Below are positions 1 through 8,383 of a stretch of 32,000 bases of DNA, one piece after another. Position 1 is the stretch's first letter, and each line of letters opens with the position of its first letter. A program made the translations under genes and the position numbers. Source of the DNA: Desulfocapsa sulfexigens DSM 10523 (GTDB lineage: Bacteria; Desulfobacterota; Desulfobulbia; Desulfobulbales; Desulfocapsaceae); assembly GCF_000341395.1 (NCBI RefSeq), contig NC_020304.1:2670001-2702000 (forward strand), written 5' to 3'. The notes beneath the pieces are model-generated. The model was not told where the DNA came from. It worked only from the letters and a program-made list of their open reading frames with translations, and did not search any database.

Positions 1-1036
1 CAATCATGGCCCCAATAAAGAGGGCAGGGGCAAAAACTCCACCGGCTCCACCTGATCCAAGGGTTATGGATGTTGCAAAAATCTTCATAAAAATGAGAAT
101 AAAGAGAAGCAAAATAGCTCCCTCACCATTGAGGACTCTTTCTATGAAACTGTATCCATCTCCCATTATCTCGGGATAGGCCATCGCCATGCAGCCAATG
201 AGAAAGGCACCAGTTATTGGTTTCAGCTGCGGGTGTAGAGGCAATGCCTCGTATTTGTCTCTTACCCAGTAAAAGACACGGATATAGAAGACCGCAATCA
301 GTCCGATGATGATTGCCAGAAGAATGTAGAGTGGCAACTCCACGAAGGGGTTAACCATAACATAGTGTGGAATCGGGAAAGCGGGTATTTCACCGTAATA
401 TGCTCGTGTGACAACGGTAGAAAGAGCAGAAGCGATGACAAGAGCGGAAAAGGAGGAAATTTCAAAGGTGCCGAGGAGTACAATTTCCGAAGCAAAAAAT
501 ATACCGGCTATGGGGGCATTAAACATCCCTGCTATCCCACCTGCAGCGCCAGCTGCAATATATACTTTCATCCTGCTGCCGGATACTCTGAAAAACTGTC
601 CAACCTGAGATCCTGCTGCGCCACCAATCGCGGCGATTGGACCTTCAACACCGGCGGAATTCCCGGTACCGATGGTAAGGGCAGTGGTGATAATCTTGAG
701 TGCTATGGTTCTTGCCTTGATATATCCGCCCTCAAGATTGACTTTGCGGAGAAATTTCGTAAATCCGTAGCCGTTGACTTCTCCTGGAAAAAGAAGTGAA
801 AGGGGAATCAAAAGAACCATGCCGGCCATGGGAATGAGGGGGAGTAACAGGAGGTGCCAGCCGCCCTGGTCAATGTTGAGCAGATCTTTTCCGCCAACCA
901 TGAATATTTCATCCACCCAATGAACAATAGTCCGAAAAACGATATTGCAGAGACCGGCCAGAAGACCAATCACGGAGGCAATAATCATCATGCCGGTATT
1001 TTCGCCGGGCATGAACTTTCGGAGGTTATATTTCAT
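1..1036 (-). CDS. ClC-family chloride channel / H+-Cl- antiporter, N-terminal approx 345 codons; the 3' end runs off the left edge
   Basis: Absent from the ORF track because there is no stop in the window. My minus-strand translation from the ATG at 1036-1034 reads MKYNLRKFMPGENTGMMIIASVIGLLAGL...IGTGNSAGVEGPIAAIGG...GMFNAPIAGIFFASEI...LGSGGAGGVFAPALFIGAMI. These are the ClC selectivity-filter-type motifs (GxEGP, GxFxP) in the canonical order, within many hydrophobic helices. Confidence 0.85.
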   Translation of the reverse strand, partial: MKYNLRKFMPGENTGMMIIASVIGLLAGLCNIVFRTIVHWVDEIFMVGGKDLLNIDQGGWHLLLLPLIPMAGMVLLIPLSLLFPGEVNGYGFTKFLRKVNLEGGYIKARTIALKIITTALTIGTGNSAGVEGPIAAIGGAAGSQVGQFFRVSGSRMKVYIAAGAAGGIAGMFNAPIAGIFFASEIVLLGTFEISSFSALVIASALSTVVTRAYYGEIPAFPIPHYVMVNPFVELPLYILLAIIIGLIAVFYIRVFYWVRDKYEALPLHPQLKPITGAFLIGCMAMAYPEIMGDGYSFIERVLNGEGAILLLFILIFMKIFATSITLGSGGAGGVFAPALFIGAMI

Positions 1037-2283
1037 TGTTTTCTTGGTACCTTACAGCCGACGTTTGCAGCCTGTTTAAGGAAGAAATCATCTGTCATTC
1101 CTGCTATATAGTCACAAACCATGGCGGCAGGTGTGTGTGATTCAAGATAGGACGCATCCATGTCGGTCATGATATCTACGGGTTTTGTTGTCTGCCCGCT
1201 TTCCAGTTGCGTGAGATAGTGAGTAAAGAGTGCTTCGTAACAGTTTTGAATAAGGGGAAGATTTGTCTTGGTTTTGGGGTGAAGATAGATGTTTTTGTAA
1301 TTGAATGTTTTCAGTTCCTGGAGAAATTCGGAGATTTCCTGAGAAAACCCGATATGTCCATTTCTGCTGTCACCACTGGATGGAAGGACACTGTTACGGA
1401 TAAGGTCTGTGACCAGGGTATAAACGATTTCTCCGTTGGTACGGCCAAGTTGTGTGCGGCAGGATTCCGGGATATCTTCGCGTCGTATGAGCTTCAGTAG
1501 AATGGCGTCTTCGATGTCTCTTCCGATATAAGCCACGGTGTCAGCCATGCGGACGACACACCCTTCAAAGGTCATGGGAGCGAGTTTGTAACCTGGATTT
1601 TCTTTTTTCTTTTCAAGCTCCCTGTCAAACGAGGCAAAGTTTTTAACGGTGCCCGGGCTTATTCTGTTGGCGTGGACCTCACCATCATGACAGAGGATAC
1701 CGTCGAGGGTCTGCAGACTGAGATTCCAGCCCCGTCCTTTGCGTTCCAGGTGGTTCAAAAAACGAACCGACTGAATATTATGCTGAAAGGGGGGCAGGTC
1801 GTGTTTCCTGCAGAGATCTGCGAGAAAGTTTTCTCCGTCGTGTCCAAATGGGGCATGGCCTATGTCGTGGCCAAGGGCTATAGCTTCAATGAGATCTTCG
1901 TTAAGTTTAAGAAAGCGACCTATCGTTCTGGCAATTCGTGATACCAGCTGGACGTGGAGAACCCGATGAGTAATATGGTCATTGGAGACCATGCAAAATA
2001 CCTGGGTTTTGTCAATATAGCGGGTATAGGCCCGGGAGTGGATAATGCGATCCGCATCAAGGCTGAAGGCTTGTCGGTACCCGTTACGCTCTTCCTGTCT
2101 TCGACGTATAGCATCTGTTGAACGGGTAGCTGCCGGAGAGAGCCTCTCTTCTTCCATCCTGTTGAGGTGATCGAGCATTGGGAGGAGGCTGTTTTGTGGG
2201 CTGGGTGCCTGCATTATTCTACTGATAAAAGAGTGGGGTTCGGAGAATCTGTAAAAGTAAAAAAGGCCATTAGGCCAAGTCAA
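1033..2283 (-). CDS. dGTP triphosphohydrolase-like HD-domain phosphohydrolase
   Basis: A 416-aa ORF with DRIIHSRAYTRYIDKTQV, HVQLVSRIARTIG and ALGHDIGHAPFGHDGE, the HD signature of the dGTPase family. The true start is uncertain: TTG at 2283, or internal ATGs at 2214 or 2178, none with a clear SD. Its stop TGA (1035-1033) overlaps the ClC ATG (1036-1034) as ATGA. Confidence 0.85.
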   Translation of the reverse strand: MTWPNGLFYFYRFSEPHSFISRIMQAPSPQNSLLPMLDHLNRMEEERLSPAATRSTDAIRRRQEERNGYRQAFSLDADRIIHSRAYTRYIDKTQVFCMVSNDHITHRVLHVQLVSRIARTIGRFLKLNEDLIEAIALGHDIGHAPFGHDGENFLADLCRKHDLPPFQHNIQSVRFLNHLERKGRGWNLSLQTLDGILCHDGEVHANRISPGTVKNFASFDRELEKKKENPGYKLAPMTFEGCVVRMADTVAYIGRDIEDAILLKLIRREDIPESCRTQLGRTNGEIVYTLVTDLIRNSVLPSSGDSRNGHIGFSQEISEFLQELKTFNYKNIYLHPKTKTNLPLIQNCYEALFTHYLTQLESGQTTKPVDIMTDMDASYLESHTPAAMVCDYIAGMTDDFFLKQAANVGCKVPRKQ

Positions 2284-2350
2284 AAGAAAATATTATACCA
2301 GACTGAGTGGAAAAAGCACGTTTTGGAGCTGGGCTCCTGTGAAAAATGGT

Positions 2351-2377
2351 TTGTTTCCCAAACGTATGTGTTAGAAT
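2351..2377 (+). promoter_or_regulatory. candidate sigma70 promoter with an extended -10, upstream of the selenoprotein gene
   Basis: TGtTAGAAT at 2369-2377 fits the extended -10 pattern TGnTAnAAT. TTGTTT at 2351-2356 is a -35-like hexamer, but the spacer is short (15 nt). Sequence pattern only. Confidence 0.3.
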
Positions 2378-2425
2378 CCGTCAGATTATTTTTACTTGCT
2401 TACAAATAAGAACAGGAGAATTTGC

Positions 2426-2644
2426 GTGAAGGTTTCCATTGAATACTGCACGAAGTGAAACTATAAACCTCGTGCTTCCAGTCTGGGAGAAGAGTTGACT
2501 ACCCGGTTTAATGCAGACGTTGAGTTGATTGCATCGGATGGTGGTGTTTTTGAAGTTGTGGTTGATGGCAGGAAGATTTTTTCCAAAAAAGCGTTAAATC
2601 GTTTTCCTGAAGAAGGTGAGATTTTTAGCCAGATTCAAGCCTGA
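2426..2644 (+). CDS. selW: SelW/Rdx-family (SelW/SelT/SelH-like) selenoprotein, 72 codons, with in-frame UGA = Sec at 2456-2458
   Basis: AGGAG at 2414-2418 lies 7 nt before GTG 2426. The translation is VKVSIEYCTK-U-NYKPRASSLGEELTTRFNADVELIASDGGVFEVVVDGRKIFSKKALNRFPEEGEIFSQIQA, with stop TGA at 2642-2644. It has the CxxU redox motif (C-T-K-U) in the IEYC context, plus the GGxFEV...DG..IFSK...RFPE tail typical of Rdx-fold proteins. No Met follows the TGA, so the conserved part cannot be expressed without readthrough. Confidence 0.8.
2469..2494 (+). promoter_or_regulatory. bacterial SECIS-like stem-loop directing Sec insertion at UGA 2456
   Basis: Pairs 2469-2471/2492-2494 (CUC/GAG) and 2475-2479/2485-2489 (CUUCC/GGGAG, one G-U pair), with apical loop AGUCU at 2480-2484. 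The loop G and U lie 26-27 nt from the U of UGA. The CC-AGUCU-GG apex resembles the E. coli fdhF SECIS apex GC-AGGUCU-GC. Confidence 0.5.
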
Positions 2645-2662
2645 CAGGGAGTAATGCAAAGT

Positions 2663-3169
2663 TTACTCTTTGTTGGTTTGCAGGTTGCAGGAAGAGACGC
2701 ATTCGTTGCAATTGTTTCTGGTGGTCCCGCGTTTACAGTAATCTGCAAAGCCTTCAAGAAGGTCATCGCCACCTCGTGGGCAGACCTGTAAGAAGTTGAT
2801 AAAGGAAATCATTCGTTCGATGACTTCAGGAGGGGCAGCATGTTCTACTTTGCAGGCACCTTCTTCTGCAGTTTTCGGATCGATGGCAAGCACTTCAGTG
2901 AAGAAACGCTTTAAGGCATCATGACGAAAAATAACGTCTTCCGCTGTTTTTTTTCCGACAGTAGTGAGAGTGATTGGTTCGTAGGGTGCGTAATGAATTA
3001 ACTTTTTTTTGGAGAGAGTACGAAGGGCTTCTGTTACGGATGCCCTGCTGACACTCAGTCGGGTTGCAATATCCTTACTTCTGGCAACCTGTTTTTTGGT
3101 TATGATATGATATATTGCCTCTATGTAGTCTTCCAGGCTGGCACTGAGCGGAACCGTTTGAGTAGGCAT
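2663..3169 (-). CDS. DtxR/MntR-family metal-dependent transcriptional repressor with a Cys-rich C-terminal tail
   Basis: LEDYIEAIYHIITKKQVARSKDIATRLSVSRASVTEALRTLSKKKLI is the winged-HTH of DtxR/IdeR/MntR, followed by the dimerisation/metal domain (RHDALKRFFTEVL...). The ATG at 3169 (MPTQT...) is preferred; the ORF track starts at TTG 3175. The tail is C-x14-C-x8-C-x2-C-x3-C. Confidence 0.85.
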   Translation of the reverse strand: MPTQTVPLSASLEDYIEAIYHIITKKQVARSKDIATRLSVSRASVTEALRTLSKKKLIHYAPYEPITLTTVGKKTAEDVIFRHDALKRFFTEVLAIDPKTAEEGACKVEHAAPPEVIERMISFINFLQVCPRGGDDLLEGFADYCKRGTTRNNCNECVSSCNLQTNKE

Positions 3170-3448
3170 AATCAACGTATCTTTGAGATAGTATGAACGT
3201 ACTTAGGGTAGAGGAAGAGACACCCGATAGAATTCTTCTTAAAATACCCTTGTTTGCCAGTGTCGTCAAGTTTGTTGAAGTTGTAGTATTAGTAAACGGT
3301 CAGTAAGGCGGCCCAGATACATCCACGAATTGTTTTTATAAAGAGTCCTGATACGCGTCGACTGTGAAAGTAAGTCTAAGCTATTAAAAAGGCAGAGAGT
3401 GCCAAAATATTTTTTTTTCGGGCTGATCCCGGAATCCATTATTCTCAT

Positions 3449-5137
3449 ATGCTCTGTGAATTGAAAATTGATAATCTTGCTCTGATTGAAAGTCTTCATC
3501 TTGATCTTTGCTGCCAAAATGGAAATGGACTGGTTGTGATGACCGGTGAAACCGGAGCCGGAAAATCTATCATGCTCCGTGCCATTCACCTCCTTACTGG
3601 TGGCAGGGCATCTGCTGACTGGATTCGTAATGGGGCTGAATGCTGCACTGTGGAGGCACTTTTTGAGGTTTCTCAGAATAACCAGCTGTTGCAGGAAATA
3701 TTTGCCAAGCAGGGGATCGATGCTGAAGAAACCCTTGTTATGAAACGGGTGGTGACCAATAAGGGCAGGAGCCGGATGTATATTAATGGCTCTCCCGCCA
3801 CTACCAAAATGGCAGCGGAACTTGCCGTGAGCCTGCTGAATGTTGCCAGTCAACATGATCACCAGCAATTGCTGCAGCCCTGGTTTCATCTGGATTTTCT
3901 TGATACCATGGGAGAGACCTGGCCCCTGAGAAAACAGTTTGATCTACTTTTTGGGAGGTGGCAGGGAAAACGAGACGAACTGGAACAGCTTCAAAAACAG
4001 GAACAGGAAAAGGAACAGCGCAGGGATTTTCTTCAGTACCAGTTGGAGGAAATCAGGGCCATTGAGCCGATTCCAGGGGAAGACGAACTCCTCGCTGAAG
4101 AAAAGAAACGACTGAAAAGTGCCGATACTCTGATAAAGATCAGCAGAAAATCCCACGGTCTTATGGAGCAATCTCTGCTTGACGGCCTGATCCAGATTCG
4201 GATGGATATGAGTCAGGCTGCAGAACTTGATGGCGACGCGAAGGAACTGGCAACTGAGCTTGCAGAGTTCAGTTATCATGCTGAAGATCTGGTGTTGAAA
4301 CTGCGGGAATACAGAGATTCCCTGAACAATGATCCCTACCGGCTTGACACTGTAAATGAGCGCCTCAATGAGCTTCAGGGCTTGAAGCGAAAATACGGAG
4401 ACAGCCTCGAAGCTGTAATCGCTTTTGCCGAAGATGCTGAGGCACAGTTGCAGCAGATAGAAAACCTCGAAAAGGTTGTGAGTGGATGTGAGGCCGAGGT
4501 ACTGGCACTTGAAAGCGAACTCTGCCTTTTTGCTGGAAAGCTCAGTGAAAAAAGAAAAAAGACAGCGGTAACATTGGAACAATCCATGGGGAAAGAGCTT
4601 GAATCCCTTGCCTTTAACCAATCGGGGCTCGAGGTTCGTTTTCAGGAACATGGGGAGAATGTGGCGGCACTGCGGCAGGGGGGCTGGGATAAGGTGGAAT
4701 TCTTTTTCTCCGCAAATCCCGGTGAGCCGGTGAGACCTCTTGTGAAAGTGGCTTCCGGTGGTGAACTTTCTCGTCTGATGCTTGCCTTTAAATGTCTCCT
4801 TGCCAGGAAGGATATGGTGGAGACAGTGATTTTTGATGAGGTGGACGCCGGAATCGGGGGAGAGGCTGCAGAGGCGGTGGCTAGAAAAATTCAGGAACTT
4901 TCCACTCACCATCAGGTTTTCTGTATAACCCATCTGCCACAGATTGCAGCCCGGGGGAATACCCATTTTCTCGTGGAAAAAGGTGTGGAGGACGGACGAA
5001 CCCAGTCAGGAATATATATGCTTACGCCGGAGCAGCGCCTCAATGAAGTGAGCAGAATGCTGGCAGGGGAGTCTGTGTCTGATCAAACACGTGCCTGGGC
5101 TGAAGAACTGCTGGCAAAGGGAAGGGGCGCTGCGTGA
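3449..5137 (+). CDS. recN: DNA repair protein RecN (SMC-like ATPase)
   Basis: 562 aa. It has the N-terminus MLCELKIDNLALIESL, Walker A GETGAGKS, a long coiled-coil middle, the signature ASGGELSRLMLA and Walker B VIFDEVDAGIGG. Confidence 0.95.
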   Translation: MLCELKIDNLALIESLHLDLCCQNGNGLVVMTGETGAGKSIMLRAIHLLTGGRASADWIRNGAECCTVEALFEVSQNNQLLQEIFAKQGIDAEETLVMKRVVTNKGRSRMYINGSPATTKMAAELAVSLLNVASQHDHQQLLQPWFHLDFLDTMGETWPLRKQFDLLFGRWQGKRDELEQLQKQEQEKEQRRDFLQYQLEEIRAIEPIPGEDELLAEEKKRLKSADTLIKISRKSHGLMEQSLLDGLIQIRMDMSQAAELDGDAKELATELAEFSYHAEDLVLKLREYRDSLNNDPYRLDTVNERLNELQGLKRKYGDSLEAVIAFAEDAEAQLQQIENLEKVVSGCEAEVLALESELCLFAGKLSEKRKKTAVTLEQSMGKELESLAFNQSGLEVRFQEHGENVAALRQGGWDKVEFFFSANPGEPVRPLVKVASGGELSRLMLAFKCLLARKDMVETVIFDEVDAGIGGEAAEAVARKIQELSTHHQVFCITHLPQIAARGNTHFLVEKGVEDGRTQSGIYMLTPEQRLNEVSRMLAGESVSDQTRAWAEELLAKGRGAA

Positions 5138-6183
5138 AACAGATAACTGCACTTGCCCTTTTCTCCGGTGGCTTGGATTCCATCCTTGCCGCGAAGCTGG
5201 TGGCATCCCTTGGTGTACGTGTCCTGGCGGTAAAATTTGTGACCCCGTTTTTCGATTATGAACTGCTCGATGATCCAGAAAAATACAAACAGAAGATTAT
5301 GGATAAATATGGAATAGAAGTGGTTCTCCATGATCTCAGTCATAATTATCTTGATCTGCTGCATAATCCATCGCACGGATTTGGCAAAAATTTTAATCCC
5401 TGTATTGATTGCAAAATTCTCATGTGTCGTCGGGCAAGGGAAATGATGCCTGAATATGGAGCGTCTTTTCTTGTCAGTGGCGAAGTGCTTGGGCAACGTC
5501 CCATGTCTCAGCGTCGTGATACTTTGCGGGTTATTGAACGTGATTCAGAGAATGACGGCCTCTTGCTGCGACCGCTTTCTGCAAAACTCATGACCCCGAC
5601 AACGGCTGAAACTGAAGGGTGGATTGATCGTGAAAAGCTCCTTAACTTCAGTGGTCGCGGACGATCGAGACAGATACAGCTTGCAAAGGAATATGGTATA
5701 ACGGATTTTCCCGCACCTGCTGGTGGCTGTATGCTGGCTGATCCTATCCTCAGTACACGAATAGAGAAGATCTACAATGGTGATTTTGTAATAAAGGCGG
5801 AGGAGATAACTGTTACTGATGTTCGTTTTTTGTTAGTCGGACGCCAGTTTCTTCTTCCGGATGGCTTTTGGGTAATCCTTGGCCGCAATGAAAAAGAAAA
5901 TATCAAAATTGAGAATCTGGCTGAAGATACTGACGTGTTGGTTCATATGCCTGACAGACCAGGCCCCACTGCTCTGCTTCGGAATTCCAATAACCGCTTG
6001 TTAACCAGTGGCAATAAAGACGAGATTATTGCCAGGGCTGCAGGCCTGGTTGTGCGATACGGAAAAACAGTGGAAGAGGATCCCGGAGCGGCATTAGAAA
6101 TTCAAGGCTTAGGGACAACATACAGGATAACAGGGCACCCGATTTCTGAACAATTGTGCAGGGATTGGATGATACAAAGTTAA
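5134..6183 (+). CDS. PP-loop ATP pyrophosphatase, ThiI/tRNA-sulfurtransferase-like, without a THUMP domain
   Basis: It has the SGGLDS PP-loop near the N-terminus, NPCIDCK, and SGEVLGQRPMSQRRDTL...LLRPLSA, which resembles the ThiI adenylation domain. GTG 5134 overlaps the recN stop as GTGA. Confidence 0.6.
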   Translation: MKQITALALFSGGLDSILAAKLVASLGVRVLAVKFVTPFFDYELLDDPEKYKQKIMDKYGIEVVLHDLSHNYLDLLHNPSHGFGKNFNPCIDCKILMCRRAREMMPEYGASFLVSGEVLGQRPMSQRRDTLRVIERDSENDGLLLRPLSAKLMTPTTAETEGWIDREKLLNFSGRGRSRQIQLAKEYGITDFPAPAGGCMLADPILSTRIEKIYNGDFVIKAEEITVTDVRFLLVGRQFLLPDGFWVILGRNEKENIKIENLAEDTDVLVHMPDRPGPTALLRNSNNRLLTSGNKDEIIARAAGLVVRYGKTVEEDPGAALEIQGLGTTYRITGHPISEQLCRDWMIQS

Positions 6184-6281
6184 GACAAGCCCGCCTTGCG
6201 CAAGCACAGTTTTTTTGGTAAACGTCATGTGCTTAAACAGAATAAGTATTTTGCAGCTATACACAATGAGGATAAATAATA

Positions 6282-7367
6282 ATGAAGACAGCCTTTATTA
6301 CAGGGGTAACTGGGCAGGATGGCGCGTACCTTGCTGAATTTTTATTGGGGAAAGGCTACGATGTCCACGGTCTGAAACGAAGGGCATCATCTTTTAATAC
6401 TGACAGGGTTGATCATCTCTATCAGGATCCTCATGAAGAAGATGTACGGTTTACTCTTCACTATGGTGATCTCACTGATTCCACCAATCTGATTCGTATT
6501 ATTCAGGAAATCCAACCGGATGAGATTTATAATCTTGCTGCTCAGAGTCATGTGGCAGTCTCTTTTGAGACTCCTGAGTATACAGCGAATTCTGATGCAT
6601 TGGGTACACTCCGGGTCCTGGAGGCCATTCGTATTCTCGGGCTGGAAGGAAAAACAAAATTTTATCAGGCTTCGACTTCTGAGTTGTTTGGAAAGGTTCA
6701 GGAAACCCCGCAGACTGAAAAAACACCCTTTTATCCAAGATCTCCTTATGCCTGCGCGAAATTATATTCCTACTGGATCTGTGTGAATTATCGGGAAGCA
6801 TATAACATGTATGCCTGCAATGGCATTCTCTTTAATCACGAATCACCTGTCAGAGGAGAAACCTTTGTTACCCGTAAGATCACTCGTGCTCTGGCGCGAA
6901 TAAAACTAGGTCTCCAGAAAGATATGTATCTGGGCAATCTGAGTGCCAAACGCGATTGGGGACATGCTAAAGACTATGTAAAAATGCAGTGGTTGATGCT
7001 GCAGCAGGAAACGCCTGAAGATTTTGTTATTGCTACAGGGGTGCAGCATTCAGTTCGTGAGTTTGTTCAGATTGCGGCAGAACAACTGGACATGCAGATT
7101 GAGTGGCGGGGTGAGGGGCTTCAGGAAATTGGTGTCGAAAAGAATAGTGGAAAAACCATTGTTCATGTTGATTCCCGTTATTTCCGTCCAACGGAGGTTG
7201 AAACTCTACTTGGTAATCCTGCAAAGGCTAAAGAAAAATTGGGGTGGGTTCCTGAGATTACCTTTGAGCAACTGGTACAGGAAATGGTTGTTGCAGATCT
7301 GAAACTTGCTGAACGTGATCAGATTGTGAGTAAGAAGGGATACAAAGCGTATAATTATTTTGAGTAG
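6282..7367 (+). CDS. gmd: GDP-mannose 4,6-dehydratase
   Basis: 361 aa, with [17 protein letters not shown], the YxxxK region [12 protein letters not shown], and [17 protein letters not shown], all typical of Gmd. GAGGA lies 9 nt upstream of the ATG. Confidence 0.95.
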   Translation: MKTAFITGVTGQDGAYLAEFLLGKGYDVHGLKRRASSFNTDRVDHLYQDPHEEDVRFTLHYGDLTDSTNLIRIIQEIQPDEIYNLAAQSHVAVSFETPEYTANSDALGTLRVLEAIRILGLEGKTKFYQASTSELFGKVQETPQTEKTPFYPRSPYACAKLYSYWICVNYREAYNMYACNGILFNHESPVRGETFVTRKITRALARIKLGLQKDMYLGNLSAKRDWGHAKDYVKMQWLMLQQETPEDFVIATGVQHSVREFVQIAAEQLDMQIEWRGEGLQEIGVEKNSGKTIVHVDSRYFRPTEVETLLGNPAKAKEKLGWVPEITFEQLVQEMVVADLKLAERDQIVSKKGYKAYNYFE

Positions 7368-7371
7368 GCTT

Positions 7372-8313
7372 ATGGATTCTCACTCATCTATTTACGTAGC
7401 CGGACACCGTGGCCTGGTTGGAGCAGCAATTTGCCGATCTCTTACCAAGGCGGGATATACGAACATTCTCACTCAATCACATGCTGAACTTGAGTTGACA
7501 AATCAAGCAGCAGTGCAGGAATATTTTGCTGATGTACAGCCTGAATATGTCTTTCTGTCTGCTGCAAAAGTAGGCGGTATTCACGCGAACGATACCTTTC
7601 CTGCAGATTTTATCCGCGATAATTTGTTGATACAGACAAATGTTATTGACGCTGCGTATCAAAACAAAGCCAAAAAACTTCTATTTCTCGGATCCTCCTG
7701 TATTTATCCCAGGCTTTGTCCTCAACCGATGAAAGAGGAATATCTGTTAACAGGTCCTCTTGAAATCACCAATGAGTGGTATGCCATTGCGAAAATAGCA
7801 GGAATTAAAATGTGCCAGGCGTATCGAAAGCAATATGGATTCAACGCGATTAGTCTTATGCCGACAAATCTGTACGGTCCTGGGGATAATTTTGATCTGG
7901 AAAATTCTCATGTGTTACCGGCGCTCATGCTTAAATGTCACAATGCAAAGAAAAACGGTGATGCTCAAATGACAGTATGGGGCACCGGAAAGGCTTTAAG
8001 GGAATTTCTGCATGTGGATGACCTTGCTGATGCCAGTGTGTTTCTTATGGAATCCTGTGACGATTCGGAACCGGTTAATATTGGAAGCGGTCGAGAAATT
8101 TCCATAGGTGATTTGGCTCATCTTGTGGCCAATGTTGTCGGGTTTAAGGGAGAAATTGTTTTTAATACAGAAATGCCTGATGGAACTCCTCGAAAGCTGC
8201 TTGACAGCAGCAAGCTTAATACTCTCGGTTGGCATTCTCATATTACCTTGGAACAGGGTCTTATTCAAACCTATCAATGGTTTTTAGAAAATCAGGAAAT
8301 AATAAGATCATAA
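7372..8313 (+). CDS. fcl: GDP-L-fucose synthase (GDP-4-keto-6-deoxy-D-mannose 3,5-epimerase/4-reductase)
   Basis: IYVAGHRGLVGAAI, AAKVGGIHAN, FLGSSCIYP, YAIAKIAG, and its position directly after gmd. The ATG at 7372 is preferred over the track's TTG at 7360. Confidence 0.92.
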   Translation: MDSHSSIYVAGHRGLVGAAICRSLTKAGYTNILTQSHAELELTNQAAVQEYFADVQPEYVFLSAAKVGGIHANDTFPADFIRDNLLIQTNVIDAAYQNKAKKLLFLGSSCIYPRLCPQPMKEEYLLTGPLEITNEWYAIAKIAGIKMCQAYRKQYGFNAISLMPTNLYGPGDNFDLENSHVLPALMLKCHNAKKNGDAQMTVWGTGKALREFLHVDDLADASVFLMESCDDSEPVNIGSGREISIGDLAHLVANVVGFKGEIVFNTEMPDGTPRKLLDSSKLNTLGWHSHITLEQGLIQTYQWFLENQEIIRS

Positions 8314-8383
8314 AGTAGAGTCTTATCCTGGAAGGTGAAGGGATACTGGGAAGCATATTCCCGGAACAAATAAGTGGGATATA

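Noticed and set aside
3203-3250. TTAGGGTA resembling a DtxR/IdeR half-site (TTAGGTTAG), with a TACCCT partner upstream of the DtxR-like gene
   Set aside because: The two arms are about 35 nt apart rather than forming a contiguous 19-bp operator, and only 6 bp are complementary.
3391-3404. TGGCAC...GCC on the minus strand, resembling a sigma54 -24/-12 element
   Set aside because: The GG-to-GC spacing is 8 nt rather than the required 10, and there is no TTGC.
3410-3431. T9 run followed by hairpin CGGG-ctgat-CCCG upstream of recN
   Set aside because: The T-run precedes the stem on the plus strand, and A's follow it on the minus strand, so it is not a terminator in either direction. I also found no LexA-box-like palindrome (CTGT-N8-ACAG or GGTT-type) near recN.
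3266-3889. A 207-aa minus-strand ORF overlapping the recN 5' region
   Set aside because: It lies antisense to a very well supported recN CDS. The protein is low-complexity with no recognisable motif, so it is a typical shadow ORF.
3944-4966. A 340-aa minus-strand ORF
   Set aside because: It is entirely antisense to the recN coiled-coil region. Its F/L/K-rich composition mirrors the E/K/L/Q codons of the coiled coil, so it is a shadow ORF.
6195-6216. Possible intrinsic terminator after the PP-loop gene: palindrome CTTGCGCAAG followed by T7
   Set aside because: The palindrome can form only a 3-4 bp stem with a 2-4 nt loop. The T-run starts 5 nt later, so it is too weak to call a terminator.
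7360-7371. Track-predicted TTG start of fcl overlapping gmd by 8 nt, with similar alternative non-ATG starts at 22026, 24390, 25087 and 26225
   Set aside because: In-frame ATGs a few codons downstream give N-termini that match the family better. The differences are minor and cannot be resolved without data.
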